64,000 nt of DNA, taken from IMG/VR virus record IMGVR_UViG_3300031949_000003, one strand, 5' to 3'. This DNA is from a virus (lineage: Duplodnaviria; Caudoviricetes). Shown piece after piece: positions 10,184 to 20,651 of the stretch (the stretch's first letter is position 1; every line of letters begins with the position of its first letter). Position numbers and translations under genes: made by a program. The notes under the pieces were generated by a model. The model did no database searches. It was not told the origin of the DNA and was given only the letters and a program-made list of their open reading frames with translations.

Positions 10184-10792
10184 ATGACCACAAGAACCAT
10201 GACCAGCAAGAAGACTAGCAAGAAGACCGCCGCGAAGCCGACGAAGCAAACCGCGATGTCCGAAGCAGTCGCGGCAGAGACCGTCCGCCGCCTCATGCAA
10301 TCGGCAGGATTCGACGAGGAAGAAGTTTACGGTGGCAAGACCAATCAGCTCCACTTCGCGTCTCGCGAGGAGGGCGACGTCCTCGAAGGTCGCGCCGATC
10401 CTGGGACGGTTCGGTTCGCGCGAGAGAAGGCCAAGGAAGTCGAGACCGCCGTACCCGGCACGCAGGCGCGCGTCGAAGTCGTTGACGAATGGGTGTCGAT
10501 CGAGGTGACGCTGCCAGGGGGTGTTCCGCCACGGCCGCCACCCGCGAAGTCGCCAACAGCCAAGATCGAACCTGCACCCGAGTGGGCTCAGCGTTTTGAA
10601 GAGAGTGCGCCCAAGTACCTCCGGCCCGGCGACGAGGTCAAGTACACGAACTTCACCGTCGGCGGTTCATACGAGGGCACCGCGATCGTGACCTGGGATC
10701 ACGGCAAAAGAGGCGTCGAGGCACGCTCGCTCGGCGGCGAGAAGTTTCGCCTGGAGCGTGCGGCTGACGGATCACTCAGGAGATTCACGTGA
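10184..10792 (+). CDS. hypothetical protein with basic N-terminus
   Basis: Overlap-coupled; K/T-rich start. Confidence 0.65.
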   Translation: MTTRTMTSKKTSKKTAAKPTKQTAMSEAVAAETVRRLMQSAGFDEEEVYGGKTNQLHFASREEGDVLEGRADPGTVRFAREKAKEVETAVPGTQARVEVVDEWVSIEVTLPGGVPPRPPPAKSPTAKIEPAPEWAQRFEESAPKYLRPGDEVKYTNFTVGGSYEGTAIVTWDHGKRGVEARSLGGEKFRLERAADGSLRRFT

Positions 10793-11085
10793 GCGACGAG
10801 TCTGCGAGCCAAGGCGTGCGTCGCGACCAGGCAGCAAAAGGGAGCATGAAGAGCGTCGCGATTCGCTTCCGCAACGCGGCGGCCCGGAAGGCGTATCTCG
10901 CCGCACTTCGCAGACGTTGGAAGGAGGTCGGCTACTCCGCCGACTACATCGACGACTGGATCCGCGCAGTCTTCGATCCGAAGCTGCCGGTCGCGTACGT
11001 ATTCGGTCGCGACGACGCCGATCGAGCTGCCGATGTCGCGCTCGATATCCCCGGAGTCTCTTACACGTTCGAAGAGAGCGCGTGA
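10789..11085 (+). CDS. hypothetical protein
   Basis: GTGA overlap; start could be ATG 10846. Confidence 0.6.
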   Translation: MSDESASQGVRRDQAAKGSMKSVAIRFRNAAARKAYLAALRRRWKEVGYSADYIDDWIRAVFDPKLPVAYVFGRDDADRAADVALDIPGVSYTFEESA

Positions 11086-11163
11086 GCGACGGCACCAGAT
11101 GACCCTCGAAGACTTCAACGCGATCGCCTGTGACTCAGTTCACGACGACATCGTGAGGTTCAC

Positions 11164-11523
11164 GTGAGTGCGCGCGAGCGGCGTAAGCAAGTACGCGAGG
11201 GGCTCGAACGCCGGATGATCACGACCCCCGGCGGGCGCTACATCGACGAAGTCGGTGAAGCGTACAAGATGGGCCAACAGCGTGCGACGCGCGCCTGGAT
11301 CGGCATGAACCCATTTGATCCCGCACACGGCAAGCTCGAACGCGGCGTTGCGCTCGTAGCTCTCGATCTTGTGACCGACGATAAACTTGAGGCTGCACTG
11401 AAGCTGCTCGGGTTCAGATCGCCTGACTTCGATCTCGGTGATCGTGCCGTTAGTGAAGGCTACCGACGCGGCTACGCGAACCAGCTCAAGGACTACTTGA
11501 GCTACGAAGGACGGAAGACGTGA
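11164..11523 (+). CDS. hypothetical protein
   Basis: GAGG upstream, GTGA overlap downstream. Confidence 0.6.
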   Translation: MSARERRKQVREGLERRMITTPGGRYIDEVGEAYKMGQQRATRAWIGMNPFDPAHGKLERGVALVALDLVTDDKLEAALKLLGFRSPDFDLGDRAVSEGYRRGYANQLKDYLSYEGRKT

Positions 11524-11795
11524 CCCTCGAAGACTTCAACACGATCGGCTGGCGCGACTTCCTCCTGTGGGCGTGGAACGAGCCCGAGATGCGTGCGCAG
11601 TTCACCGCGAAGACCGGCATCGAGATCCAATCGGTGACCTCTCCGATCAATGCTGCGATCGACGCGGCAACCGGAGCGAACAAGAGCGTCGCCGCGCGGT
11701 TCATCGAGTGGGCGACGCGCGAACACTGGGGCGTCGAGCATGCCCCCGCGGCGTATCAGAAGGCGATCACCGCCGAGGGGACGCGGAGCACGTGA
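11520..11795 (+). CDS. hypothetical protein
   Basis: Overlap-coupled on both sides. Confidence 0.65.
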   Translation: MTLEDFNTIGWRDFLLWAWNEPEMRAQFTAKTGIEIQSVTSPINAAIDAATGANKSVAARFIEWATREHWGVEHAPAAYQKAITAEGTRST

Positions 11796-13170
11796 ACGCA
11801 CGCGCGATCCGCACGCTGTCGGAGGCGGAAGTAATCCGCCGCTGGGCGGAGCTGTATGCGGCCGGCAAGCACAAGGGGTACGCGCCGCCGAACCCAGAGC
11901 CGTACCTCGGACGCGGCGCGACGTGGGTCGAGATCGAGGTGCCGCACGATCTCTATGACGCGGACTGGAACGCCCCCGAGAGCATGCCGCCGCGGAAGCA
12001 GCGTTCGACGAACGCGCATATCGCAACTACGAAGGTATGGGCGATGACGACGAGAACGTCGTTATTGAGCGAGGCGGTCGCGAGCTTCGTCGTTTCGGTC
12101 CTGAGCTTCATCAGCCAACTTATTTCGGAAGTCCACGCTCGAAGACAGCACGACGTCACTCGACGAAGAAGAAGTCTCCTGCCCAACTGGAACGCGAGAT
12201 CGCCGAAGCTCTCTATCCCAAACGCGACCGTAGGTCGTACTCGACAAAAAAACCGGCTCTAACAGAGCCGAAGGCCCGTGAGTACACGAAGCTCGCGACC
12301 GCGACGAACGTCCCGCGCATCGAGAAGTACATCAACGATTTCGCTTACTCAACAAACTACCGTGTCGATCCTCAGCGAGCGCTTGAAAGATTTCGCGGTC
12401 GAGTTGGTGAGCCGACTTTTTCTTTTTCTTCGGCATGTCTCTTCCTCCCCCTGCCTCAGCGCATGCGTCCGAACAAAAATCCACCACGGTAACGCATCAC
12501 GAACCAGTTCTCCGGCGGCACCTTGACCGGATTCGTGATTTGAAGCGTCTCTCACTCCACCAGGGAGCCAAGATCGTCTACGCGCCGGATCCACTCCACC
12601 AAGAAGGCAGGATCCTCTACGACCCGCCGCTGGATCCACAAGGATGTCGCGCGCAGCTACAGCGTTCCCGAGGACGTCGTGCGACGCATCTACGCGACCG
12701 TGCAGACCGCCAAGCGTCAGGGTCTCTACGGTGGGTACTATCTCGATCTTCTTGAGCGCAACGTCGGTCGAAAGCTCGTGGGAGCCGAGTACACCGTCAG
12801 CACGCTGGCGAAAGAGCACCTGGGCTACGATCCACCAAGCGGCTACCAGGGTCCGAAGCCGAAGGGCTCTGCGAAGGAACCCCAGCGCCCGAAGTACGAC
12901 GATCCGAAGGTTCGAGCTGCGGATCCGATCCGCTCAAGCGCAGAGAGGATCATCAAAGCCGTCCTCGATCGGAGGAGAGACCCGCGCTTCGGTTGGGACG
13001 AGTCGAATGATTCGCAGGATCGAGAGCTCCTCCAGCGGGCGGCGGACGAGCTGGACGTGGCCGCGGACCTCACCGAGGAAGCTGGAGCGCGTGTGTGGGC
13101 CGGGACGCTTCGCGAGCGCGCCAAGCAGGCCCGGCGAGGCGACTACAGGCTCCTGGACGCTTACAACTGA
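11792..13170 (+). pseudogene. mosaic of out-of-frame gene fragments carrying HSTKK and QLEREI tags
   Basis: Coding-like frames switch near 11980 and 12380-12540; frame 12544-13170 is open with no ATG/GTG/TTG until 12679. Confidence 0.5.
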
Positions 13171-13351
13171 AGCTGCCTTCGCGACGACGCCTCGCGATCT
13201 GGGCAGCCGGGCGGCGATCTTCTTGCGCGACATGGCCTCAAGAAGACCGCGATGACGCTGCATCGCGCCGACGCGCACGTGCCTCTCGATCGTCCCGGCG
13301 CGCAGTAAGTCATTCGTGACCCGGTCGCGTGTTGCGGTTAGGATGCGACCG

Positions 13352-13585
13352 ATGGCCAAGACGAAGAAGGACACCCGCGAACTTGAACAGCAAGCTGCTC
13401 AGTACGGCAAAGCATTTCATGTCCTCATCGAATGGCCGGATGGCCGTTAGCAGCCGTGGCTTATTTTGATCCACGCCAAGGATGCGATCGAGGCCAGGCG
13501 CGTCGTCGGGAATTCGAGCGACATCCGAGAAGCCGGCGGCAAGGTTGTGAAGGTGGACCTCGCGTCGAACGGTGATGTCGCGTAA
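13352..13585 (+). pseudogene. hypothetical gene with internal TAG
   Basis: ...IEWPDGR*QPWLILIHAKDAIEARR... continues in frame to TAA 13585. Confidence 0.55.
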
Positions 13586-13833
13586 CGTCGCGTGACCAAG
13601 AAGTTGCAGCCGCCGCGCCTACGATTCGGTTGCGGGTGCGCCGCGCGCAGCAGTGCTCAAAGACGGCCTGGTGGGTGACGCACCAGATCACGCTGTCGCT
13701 GCTCGCGCTCCATGCCTCCTCGACGCACGCAGCGACTCTTTGGCGTGCTCGATTGCGCCACGATGTCCGAGACTGGAAGTGAGTCGCGGCACTTTTCTTG
13801 TGTCACTCCGGGGGGAGGGCCTAGCATCGTCAT

Positions 13834-14328
13834 ATGGCCGACATCAGCAAACGGACTCTAGACTGCGACGACGACGAGCGCGGCAAACGTGGCAAGCGGG
13901 GCCGCCAAGGACCTCCGGGCCCGGCGTCCGGTGGGCTGCTCAAATTCAGCGGTCCCGCGGCGGTCGAGCCTGAGTCCCAGGTGGTAAGCTTCCTGGCAGA
14001 CTCCGGAGCCGAAGGCGCCTCGGCCCAAGACGATCCTCTGGGCTATCCCGTGGCCGTCGCGCACAACCTGCGCAACATGGCGGTGAACATTGGGGCGTTC
14101 GTCGTGCCTCTTATCGTCGGCTCGATTATCATCGAGCTGATCAAGAATGGTGGACCGTTGGCGGTGCCCGGCTTCACGATCACTTACGGCCCCGGCGGGA
14201 CCGGCATCATGTCGGTCCTGGCCGGCCCCGAGCTGTTCGCGATCGAGGACACGTTCGACCTTCGGGTCACCACCTTCAATGTGGGGTCGGTGGAGGTGGA
14301 AATGTCGGCGACGGTCGGGGTGGAATAA
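13834..14328 (+). CDS. protein with collagen-type leader and beta-rich C-terminal domain (BclA-like layout)
   Basis: MADI...[20 protein letters not shown]; C-terminal domain resembles that of 31262..32116. Confidence 0.75.
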   Translation: MADISKRTLDCDDDERGKRGKRGRQGPPGPASGGLLKFSGPAAVEPESQVVSFLADSGAEGASAQDDPLGYPVAVAHNLRNMAVNIGAFVVPLIVGSIIIELIKNGGPLAVPGFTITYGPGGTGIMSVLAGPELFAIEDTFDLRVTTFNVGSVEVEMSATVGVE

Positions 14329-14640
14329 GCGTCTCGGAGTAAAATCGTCACGGGTGACTGACGACGCGCCGTTTCGCCAGCGGAGGCCCACGGTGCAGAT
14401 CAGCCGTGCAGCGACTCCGGGTCTCGACGACAATCTAGGTTCACCGATGTTCCCGCTCACTCCACGATCTCTGCTGGTCCAAGGTCTCGTGGAGTAGCTC
14501 GGGGATCGAGACAGAACCCACGCGGAACTCCCATTTTGTCCCGCCAAGCGGTACAAGCGCGCCTACGATGGCCACATCATCGATCTCGTGGACTACGACA
14601 ATGGGACGGTCAGGCTAGTAACAACAAAAACGAGCTGGTG

Positions 14641-15030
14641 ATGCGTACCAAAACCACCGCCCAGCTCGACGCCGACATCGCCGAGTCCCTCCGCACCCGG
14701 AAGAAATTCCGCCGCGACAAATCCACGCGGAAGAAACTTCCCGATGCCGCACGTGCCGCGATCGAGGATCGCGTCCTCACGATCATCGAGGGCACGTACA
14801 AGCGCTACGAAGAGTTCGGCAAATCCATCGGCCACAAGGAGCCGTGCCTCTCCGTCGGTCTCATCACCGACGATCTGCGCCAGCAGTCGGGCTTGCCCGA
14901 AGACTTCCGCTGGGCGACCAAGACGCGGCAGCGCACGTGGACGCGGACGATCCTCGAGTCGATGCGGCGTCGGGGATTGATCGGAGCGTCATTCGGCGTA
15001 GGGTCCCGCTGCTACGAGCCCAAACCATGA
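14641..15030 (+). CDS. QLDADI-tagged protein, possible winged helix
   Basis: TKTTAQLDADIAESL; ILESMRRRGLI. Confidence 0.7.
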   Translation: MRTKTTAQLDADIAESLRTRKKFRRDKSTRKKLPDAARAAIEDRVLTIIEGTYKRYEEFGKSIGHKEPCLSVGLITDDLRQQSGLPEDFRWATKTRQRTWTRTILESMRRRGLIGASFGVGSRCYEPKP

Positions 15031-15074
15031 GCAAGCACCCAAAGCCCATGCCCACGAGAGAGCTTCGCCGTCAG
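14956..15074 (+). repeat. direct repeat, copy 1 (partner 23081-23199)
   Basis: 49-bp identical core 14977-15025 = 23102-23150. Confidence 0.9.
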
Positions 15075-15136
15075 CGCTTTGTCGTCGGAGAAACGGAACC
15101 ACGTAGCCGTTCGGACGCGCGACGTTCACCTTCAAT

Positions 15137-16066
15137 TCAATATCCGTAGATCCGCGCGAGACGCGCGAACTCATCCCGTACGAGACACGACGGCAGGCAC
15201 TCCCACGTCAGGGGAACGTATGTCGAAGGACGCGGATGATGGTTGGTGCGAGCGTTCGTTGCCGCCAGGGCAGCTCGGATGCGTTCGAGGTCAACATCAA
15301 TCTTGGCAGCCTCGCAAAGTGTCTTGAGGATCGTCGCGCCGCGAACCTCGCGCAGATCTTCCACGCGGTAACGACTATCCGTCCGACGCGCGCAACGACG
15401 GTTCATCTCCACCCACAGCCACATCGCGGCCTGAATGGGCGCGCGATCCCACTTCGCACAGAATCCCGGAAACGCCTTCTCGAGGAGGCCCCACGCGGGT
15501 CCCTCACCCGCACACAGCCATGAGTTGATCCAGGCGATGGGATCGCGCGTCTGGTGTGCGACCACGATGTCCGAAGGAACTGTGGCGAGTGCAAGGACTG
15601 CCTCCCAGGCGACTTCTGCCACGTTGCTGCTCTCAACCACACAACCATGGAGCGTGTAGATCGCCTCATGCCCACAGGAGATCCCAGCAGTTTGCAGTGC
15701 CTTGGCTGTAAACATGGTCCCAGAATGGCGCCGGTCTGTTCCGCGATAGAAAGTGGTTTCGCCTTTGAGGGGTCCGCTGCCCCATACATGATATTGGGCA
15801 GCTGACTTTTTCGTGGCGTGATGCCGTTTCGGCGCCTGACTGGGTAAAGGTGGCAAGCCGATCCGTTCGAGCTTGATCGCCTTGAACGTTTCCTCGGCGT
15901 TTCGACCCAATGCCGCGACCGCGTCACGGTGCCACTCCGGCGGGTTATAGCGAAAGGTCTTGGCGCTCCGACCGCGCTTGACCCAGTCTCGTTTTTGAGA
16001 GGCGGTCTCCTTCGAGGCTTCCCGCTCCAGCCATCGCTGGCCCGCTGACCACCAGTCGCTGCTCAT
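15137..16066 (-). CDS. fusion ORF with C-terminal sulfotransferase-like domain
   Basis: HSGT...CGHE...HQTRDP...S...YRVEDL; HHATKKSAAQ linker. Confidence 0.5.
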   Translation of the reverse strand: MSSDWWSAGQRWLEREASKETASQKRDWVKRGRSAKTFRYNPPEWHRDAVAALGRNAEETFKAIKLERIGLPPLPSQAPKRHHATKKSAAQYHVWGSGPLKGETTFYRGTDRRHSGTMFTAKALQTAGISCGHEAIYTLHGCVVESSNVAEVAWEAVLALATVPSDIVVAHQTRDPIAWINSWLCAGEGPAWGLLEKAFPGFCAKWDRAPIQAAMWLWVEMNRRCARRTDSRYRVEDLREVRGATILKTLCEAAKIDVDLERIRAALAATNARTNHHPRPSTYVPLTWECLPSCLVRDEFARLARIYGY

Positions 16067-16173
16067 GGCTGAAGTCTATCGTCTGGAGGGACAGAATTGA
16101 AGTTTCCGGCCTGTTTCACGCGCCTGGGCATCAGCAAGATGATCCCACCGAGCCCACTGACGGTCCAAACAGA

Positions 16174-16530
16174 TCAACGCTCGTACAACGGGAGCCCGGA
16201 CGGAGGCGCGAAGATCAGATTGCCGACCCCACCACCAGCCATCCCCCCGAGGATGAACCCCCAGACGCGATGGGATTTCCACAGCACGGCTCCCGCGACG
16301 GATCCGATCGCCGACAGTCCGAGCGAACGCTGGAATGCTTGGTGCTGAGCTTCGGTCCAGGGACGCTTCGACTGCCACGACGAGTAGCCGCGGCGAGGCG
16401 CGTACCGTCCGCGATCGGGCGTAGGTGGTGCGGGCGCGGGCGGAGCGAGTGGCACCGGAGACTCCGTCTTCGGAGGTAGCTTATCGGCCCCGTTGCTGCC
16501 AATGAAGGATCGATATTCACCACGCGCCAT
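16174..16530 (-). CDS. small membrane protein (RGxY family)
   Basis: MARGEY start, Pro linker, two Gly-rich hydrophobic segments. Confidence 0.65.
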   Translation of the reverse strand: MARGEYRSFIGSNGADKLPPKTESPVPLAPPAPAPPTPDRGRYAPRRGYSSWQSKRPWTEAQHQAFQRSLGLSAIGSVAGAVLWKSHRVWGFILGGMAGGGVGNLIFAPPSGLPLYER

Positions 16531-16542
16531 GCGGAGATCTTA

Positions 16543-16839
16543 TCACGGGTCTTGGAGGTATTGCTTGAGCGACTCGGGCAGGAGTGCTCGACGGAGCTTG
16601 GCGAACGCGGCCTCGATCGCGGTCGCTTCGGTCGGGCCTGTGCCTTGGTAGAAGCCTGTCGCGTGGTGCACGACTGCTTCGAGTATTCCTTCGAAGGCTT
16701 CTCGGCGCGTCGACGCTTCGACGGCTTCGCTGAGTGACGGGTAGACGCGGATCGCGATGACTTCGAGGAGTAGGCGCTGCTCGCGCAGCTCGCCGAGCGT
16801 GGTCTCTTCGGTGATGTTTTTGGGATCGGGCACGCTCAA
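16543..16839 (-). CDS. hypothetical protein
   Basis: GGAG upstream; protein-like composition. Confidence 0.6.
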   Translation of the reverse strand: MSVPDPKNITEETTLGELREQRLLLEVIAIRVYPSLSEAVEASTRREAFEGILEAVVHHATGFYQGTGPTEATAIEAAFAKLRRALLPESLKQYLQDP

Positions 16840-17045
16840 CGCTCTCCCACCGCCGCGTAGTAGGCAACTTTTCCTGCCTCGGCGGCACGGTACGAAGCGC
16901 CTTTCCCTCGATACGCCGCGCTCGTCAGCGCGAGGCCATGCTCGACAAGCTTAGGAAGTACGCGGCGCAGTGATGCAAAAGACGCTGCTGCGATTCGGAA
17001 ACAGGATCATGAGTTCGAGTACGTCGCGCTGGTTCGCGGTTAGCT

Positions 17046-17540
17046 TCATACGACCTCGTAGATCCGATAACCGTTCCCGTGTTCGTCGACTCCGACGGTT
17101 TCTCGGAGCAAACCCATCTGGGCAAGTCGCGTGACCGTCTTCGAGTGCAGTCCTCGGACGGGCAAATTGATGACCCGCTTGTCGCCGATCATCGGATAGA
17201 ACTGGAACTTGTACCGGTAGACGCGTCTGTGCGAGCGAAGGATCTCCAGGTTGCGCTTCTGTGCCGCGGTCAACTTGGGAACCGCTTCCGTTTCGCGCGA
17301 GACGCTCGCGCACGGGGTCGACCGTTTGTGCTCGACTTCCCACACCTCGACCTCGTCGTCGCTGTCATCTCCCTGAACGGCGAGCTGCCAGTCGAGCGGA
17401 AACAGCGCCTTCGTCTCGCGGATCGCAGCTCGTGCGGCGCGCGCCGGGCCCATCCCCGCGTTCACGTGCCGTCGAGCGGCTTTCGCGAGCTGACTGCACG
17501 CGTGTTCGATCAGGTCTTGGTCGAGCTGTTGCGTGGCCAT
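17046..17540 (-). CDS. hypothetical protein with C-terminal winged helix
   Basis: KLTAAQKRNLEIL...TVTRLAQMGLL. Confidence 0.6.
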   Translation of the reverse strand: MATQQLDQDLIEHACSQLAKAARRHVNAGMGPARAARAAIRETKALFPLDWQLAVQGDDSDDEVEVWEVEHKRSTPCASVSRETEAVPKLTAAQKRNLEILRSHRRVYRYKFQFYPMIGDKRVINLPVRGLHSKTVTRLAQMGLLRETVGVDEHGNGYRIYEVV

Positions 17541-17541
17541 G

Positions 17542-17985
17542 TTAGTTGTCCGTTGGCGGCTTGTGGTAGTTCAAGATCCTGCCGTTCATGTCGCTCACGA
17601 TGCGGCGGAAGCAGATGTAACAGATCGGGCGTGCAGACCAGTCGGAGGTGTCGTGACAAGCGTCCATCCGTCCCCGTACGTCGGGCGCCGCAGTAGCAGC
17701 TTCTACCGCCCGGCGCGCCGCGGAACTACCGATATCAGCGTCGCCGACGACCAGTGCTGCGACGCCGCGATCGCCGAGCCAGTCGCCGATGCGAGCTGCC
17801 GGGTCGCCTGGCGGCGCGAGGCTCGCCCCGCATGAGCAGATCGCGATCGCGAACCGCGGCTTGTTGGGATCCTGCGTCTGAAACACGCGGCCGCATTCGT
17901 TACACATGACGTGAAACTTCCAACGCCTCGCACCGTGGACCTCACACGAGATCACGCGGACGTTTGCCGAGCTTGTAGAACTCAC
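17542..17985 (-). CDS. Cys-rich hypothetical protein
   Basis: CNEC, CSC, CYIC; GTGA overlap. Confidence 0.6.
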   Translation of the reverse strand: MSSTSSANVRVISCEVHGARRWKFHVMCNECGRVFQTQDPNKPRFAIAICSCGASLAPPGDPAARIGDWLGDRGVAALVVGDADIGSSAARRAVEAATAAPDVRGRMDACHDTSDWSARPICYICFRRIVSDMNGRILNYHKPPTDN

Positions 17986-18521
17986 GCGTCCTCCACGAGG
18001 ATTCGCGCGAGGTCGTCGCGATCGATCCGGCTCCACGCCGCCGGATCTTCGCCGGCGGGATCCGAGGTTCTCCAGATCGGCGCGGCTACTTGGATGTACC
18101 AGTGATCGTCGTCGTGTCCGACCCACAGTGCTGCGGGGAGCGCGCTGCGAAGCTTCTTGCACGCGGCTTCGTACTCGGCCGTATCTGCGGTTGCGCGCGC
18201 GACCGCCAGGGCGCCGCGCCCAGCGCTGGACAGATCGACGTGCTCGGAGATCGCGGCGGCCCGCGCGCGCTGCGCGGTCCGTCCGAGCCGACGTGGTCGC
18301 GATCGTGGCTTGGCGATCACGGACGCGATCTCGCGATCGAGCACCTTTTCTTTCTGCCGCGGCGTGACCTCGACGACTTGGCCACCGACCTCGCGCGCGA
18401 ACATGTCGGCCGTTGACCGCGCGTAGATCCACGAGGCGCGCGGGTTGTCGGGGCGCGAGTCGGGTGGGATCCACGCTGTTCCGTCAGGAAGGCGCACCTG
18501 CCAGATCTGCTCGGCGCTCAC
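17982..18521 (-). CDS. hypothetical protein with internal VLDREI tag
   Basis: QKEKVLDREIASVI. Confidence 0.65.
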   Translation of the reverse strand: MSAEQIWQVRLPDGTAWIPPDSRPDNPRASWIYARSTADMFAREVGGQVVEVTPRQKEKVLDREIASVIAKPRSRPRRLGRTAQRARAAAISEHVDLSSAGRGALAVARATADTAEYEAACKKLRSALPAALWVGHDDDHWYIQVAAPIWRTSDPAGEDPAAWSRIDRDDLARILVEDA

Positions 18522-18991
18522 CGCTTCTTGACCTCGTCGCGCGGCTTCCAGATCTGGTGACGACGCGGCGGCTGCTTGGTCTCGCGGGCGTGCTTGAGGT
18601 CGTACTTGAACGAGTATTCGACGAGCGCCCGCTTGGGCGTCGCGCGCACAACCGTACCTGGTCTGTAGCCGCGTGCTCCCTTGCCCGAATAGCTCGGCGA
18701 GTAGAACGTGATCTTCTCACCGGGCTGAAAGTCAGCCAGATCGGTTCCCGTCTGTCGTGGCGATCGTGGCGTCTCCGCGCGTCCGTAGTCGGATCCGAGG
18801 GAGAGTCCCTGATTCTCGACGTAGCCCTTCCAGTGGATGATCAGGCGCTGTCCGCTCGACACGGGCACGCTCAGCGAATGTGATCCCCACTTGCCACCGG
18901 CCATCACGATCGCGTCGCCCTCGCGGAAGAGTTGGAGCCCTCCTGGCTTGGGGAGCGTCGCGATTAGGTTGGCGGCTTCGGCGTTGGTCAT
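18518..18991 (-). CDS. hypothetical protein
   Basis: Overlap-coupled ORF. Confidence 0.65.
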   Translation of the reverse strand: MTNAEAANLIATLPKPGGLQLFREGDAIVMAGGKWGSHSLSVPVSSGQRLIIHWKGYVENQGLSLGSDYGRAETPRSPRQTGTDLADFQPGEKITFYSPSYSGKGARGYRPGTVVRATPKRALVEYSFKYDLKHARETKQPPRRHQIWKPRDEVKKR

Positions 18992-19010
18992 GGGTCAGCG
19001 TCAGCGTGGG

Positions 19011-19262
19011 CTACTCGTCGGCCGGCCGTGGCCACGGATTGCGGAGCAATTCCTCGCGCGCGAACAGGATGCACTTGCCGGCCGAGGCGTCGGCCTTGAG
19101 TGGTCCGGGCTTTGGTGGTTCGGGCGGCAGTAGCTCGAACAGCTTCGGCGAACCGTCGGGATTGTACGCGACGATCTTGAACGGCAATCCCTTGAGGACG
19201 ACGCCGCCGGGCAGCTGGACCTGGTTTGGGATGGATTTCGGACCGCGGGGTGATTTCTGCAT
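19011..19262 (-). CDS. hypothetical protein
   Basis: GGAGGAG upstream of ATG. Confidence 0.6.
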   Translation of the reverse strand: MQKSPRGPKSIPNQVQLPGGVVLKGLPFKIVAYNPDGSPKLFELLPPEPPKPGPLKADASAGKCILFAREELLRNPWPRPADE

Positions 19263-19278
19263 GGCTCCTCCTGGTGGG

Positions 19279-19818
19279 TCAGTGTTTTTTGGCGAGCTGC
19301 CGTAACATCGCCGCAGCCTCGACGGCTCCTTCTCGCGTGCTGTAGCCCGTACCGTCGGCGTTGTAGATGTCTCCCCGTACGACATGACCGCCGCTGCTCA
19401 CGGGCTGCCATCGATTGTCGATCTTGCGCGCGGAGATCGAGCTGCGTGCTGACGTCTTCGCGGTCGCGTGACTCGACTTCTTCGGCTTCCTTTTCGTCGC
19501 GTGATCGCCTTCGTCTTCTTCGATCAGCTCGCGCTCCCGCCGTTGCGCTTCCTTCAGGTTGCCGTACACCTCCCAGTCGGTCGCGTCCATGTACCCGGGC
19601 GCTGAGAGGCGGACGCCGTAACCCTTCTTGATGCTCGACTGGTCGTTGTACACGCGCGTTCCCTCGGTGTACTGGAGCAGGGGCTCGAAGTCGCCGCCCT
19701 TGGCACGCGCGGCTTCGCTCTTGGAGAGCACATCGAACGGCACCCACCAGGTGCCGCTGTTCGTCTCGACGGCTGCCCACTCCTGCTTCTCGGTGATCTC
19801 GGGTCTCATGAACGCCAT
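19279..19818 (-). CDS. hypothetical protein with HATK motifs
   Basis: AGGAG upstream; DHATKRKPKKSSHATAKTS. Confidence 0.7.
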   Translation of the reverse strand: MAFMRPEITEKQEWAAVETNSGTWWVPFDVLSKSEAARAKGGDFEPLLQYTEGTRVYNDQSSIKKGYGVRLSAPGYMDATDWEVYGNLKEAQRRERELIEEDEGDHATKRKPKKSSHATAKTSARSSISARKIDNRWQPVSSGGHVVRGDIYNADGTGYSTREGAVEAAAMLRQLAKKH

Positions 19819-19832
19819 GGCGATCTCCTATC

Positions 19833-20075
19833 CTAGTTTCCCCAGTCGACGGTGTCGTAGTTTTTCGAATACGCAGCTGACGCGCCGATGGACACGGACG
19901 ACCCGCGGCGAATCCCGACGGTCCCGTCGTCCTCCACCCAGGTTGCGTGGCGCTCCGGGTCGATCTGGGTACGGTTCAGCGGCGCGGCCTCACCTTCGCC
20001 GTAGTAGAAGCGCGCGGGTAGGGCGCGGCCGTCGCGGTAGTTCAAGAGGCCCGTCTTGGACCGCAGCGTTGCCAT
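19833..20075 (-). CDS. hypothetical protein
   Basis: TAGGAT 6 nt upstream. Confidence 0.6.
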   Translation of the reverse strand: MATLRSKTGLLNYRDGRALPARFYYGEGEAAPLNRTQIDPERHATWVEDDGTVGIRRGSSVSIGASAAYSKNYDTVDWGN

Positions 20076-20084
20076 CGGCCGATC

Positions 20085-20651
20085 CTACCGCTGTGCCTTC
20101 GCTAGATCTTGTTTTTGGGCGAGGGTCCGGGGGATCTCCGCGAGGGCGAGAGCGATCCGCCGGAGCAGGGCCGCGGTCTCGACGCGGGCGCCTGGCCACT
20201 TGCTCTCGCGCGGTCCTGCGACGAGGAGCTTGGCTGGGACCAGATCACACGTGTCGAGGGGCAGGGGTAATTGGACCCTCAGCAGGCTGCTCCAGATCCA
20301 GCGCGCGATCGTAGCGGGGTCGTTCGTCGGATCGACGATCATCCAGCGCAGGCGGCGATCTGCCACGAGATCGAGCGTCATGGCGGTGCCGGGCGTCGCG
20401 CGCGGGTCGTTGCGGTCGCGCGCGACGATCAGGGCGGCGTGCGCCGCGTGCACGTTGGCTTCGGTGCGTGGCGCGTAGCCCGTCTTGTCGTGCGGCGTGA
20501 GAAATCGCGCGACGTCGTGCGGGATTTTGCCGAGCTCGTCGCGTTGATCACGCGGCATGTAGCCCGCGACGAGCCAGTTGTTGTTGAGAGCGGCCTCGTG
20601 CGCACCACGATCAACACCGGTCTGGCCGCCGTGCACGATCGTGATGCTCAC
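20085..20651 (-). CDS. putative molybdenum-carrier / YpsA-type SLOG family protein
   Basis: GGQTGVDRGA, RTEANV, GTAMT, VAGPRES. Confidence 0.8.
   Translation of the reverse strand: MSITIVHGGQTGVDRGAHEAALNNNWLVAGYMPRDQRDELGKIPHDVARFLTPHDKTGYAPRTEANVHAAHAALIVARDRNDPRATPGTAMTLDLVADRRLRWMIVDPTNDPATIARWIWSSLLRVQLPLPLDTCDLVPAKLLVAGPRESKWPGARVETAALLRRIALALAEIPRTLAQKQDLAKAQR

Noticed and set aside
2098-13585. Stop-codon recoding suggested by in-frame TGA (2218) and TAG (13448)
   Set aside because: TGA and TAG end many coupled genes normally, conserved genes have no internal stops, and the phosphoesterase has other lesions. Better read as pseudogenes.
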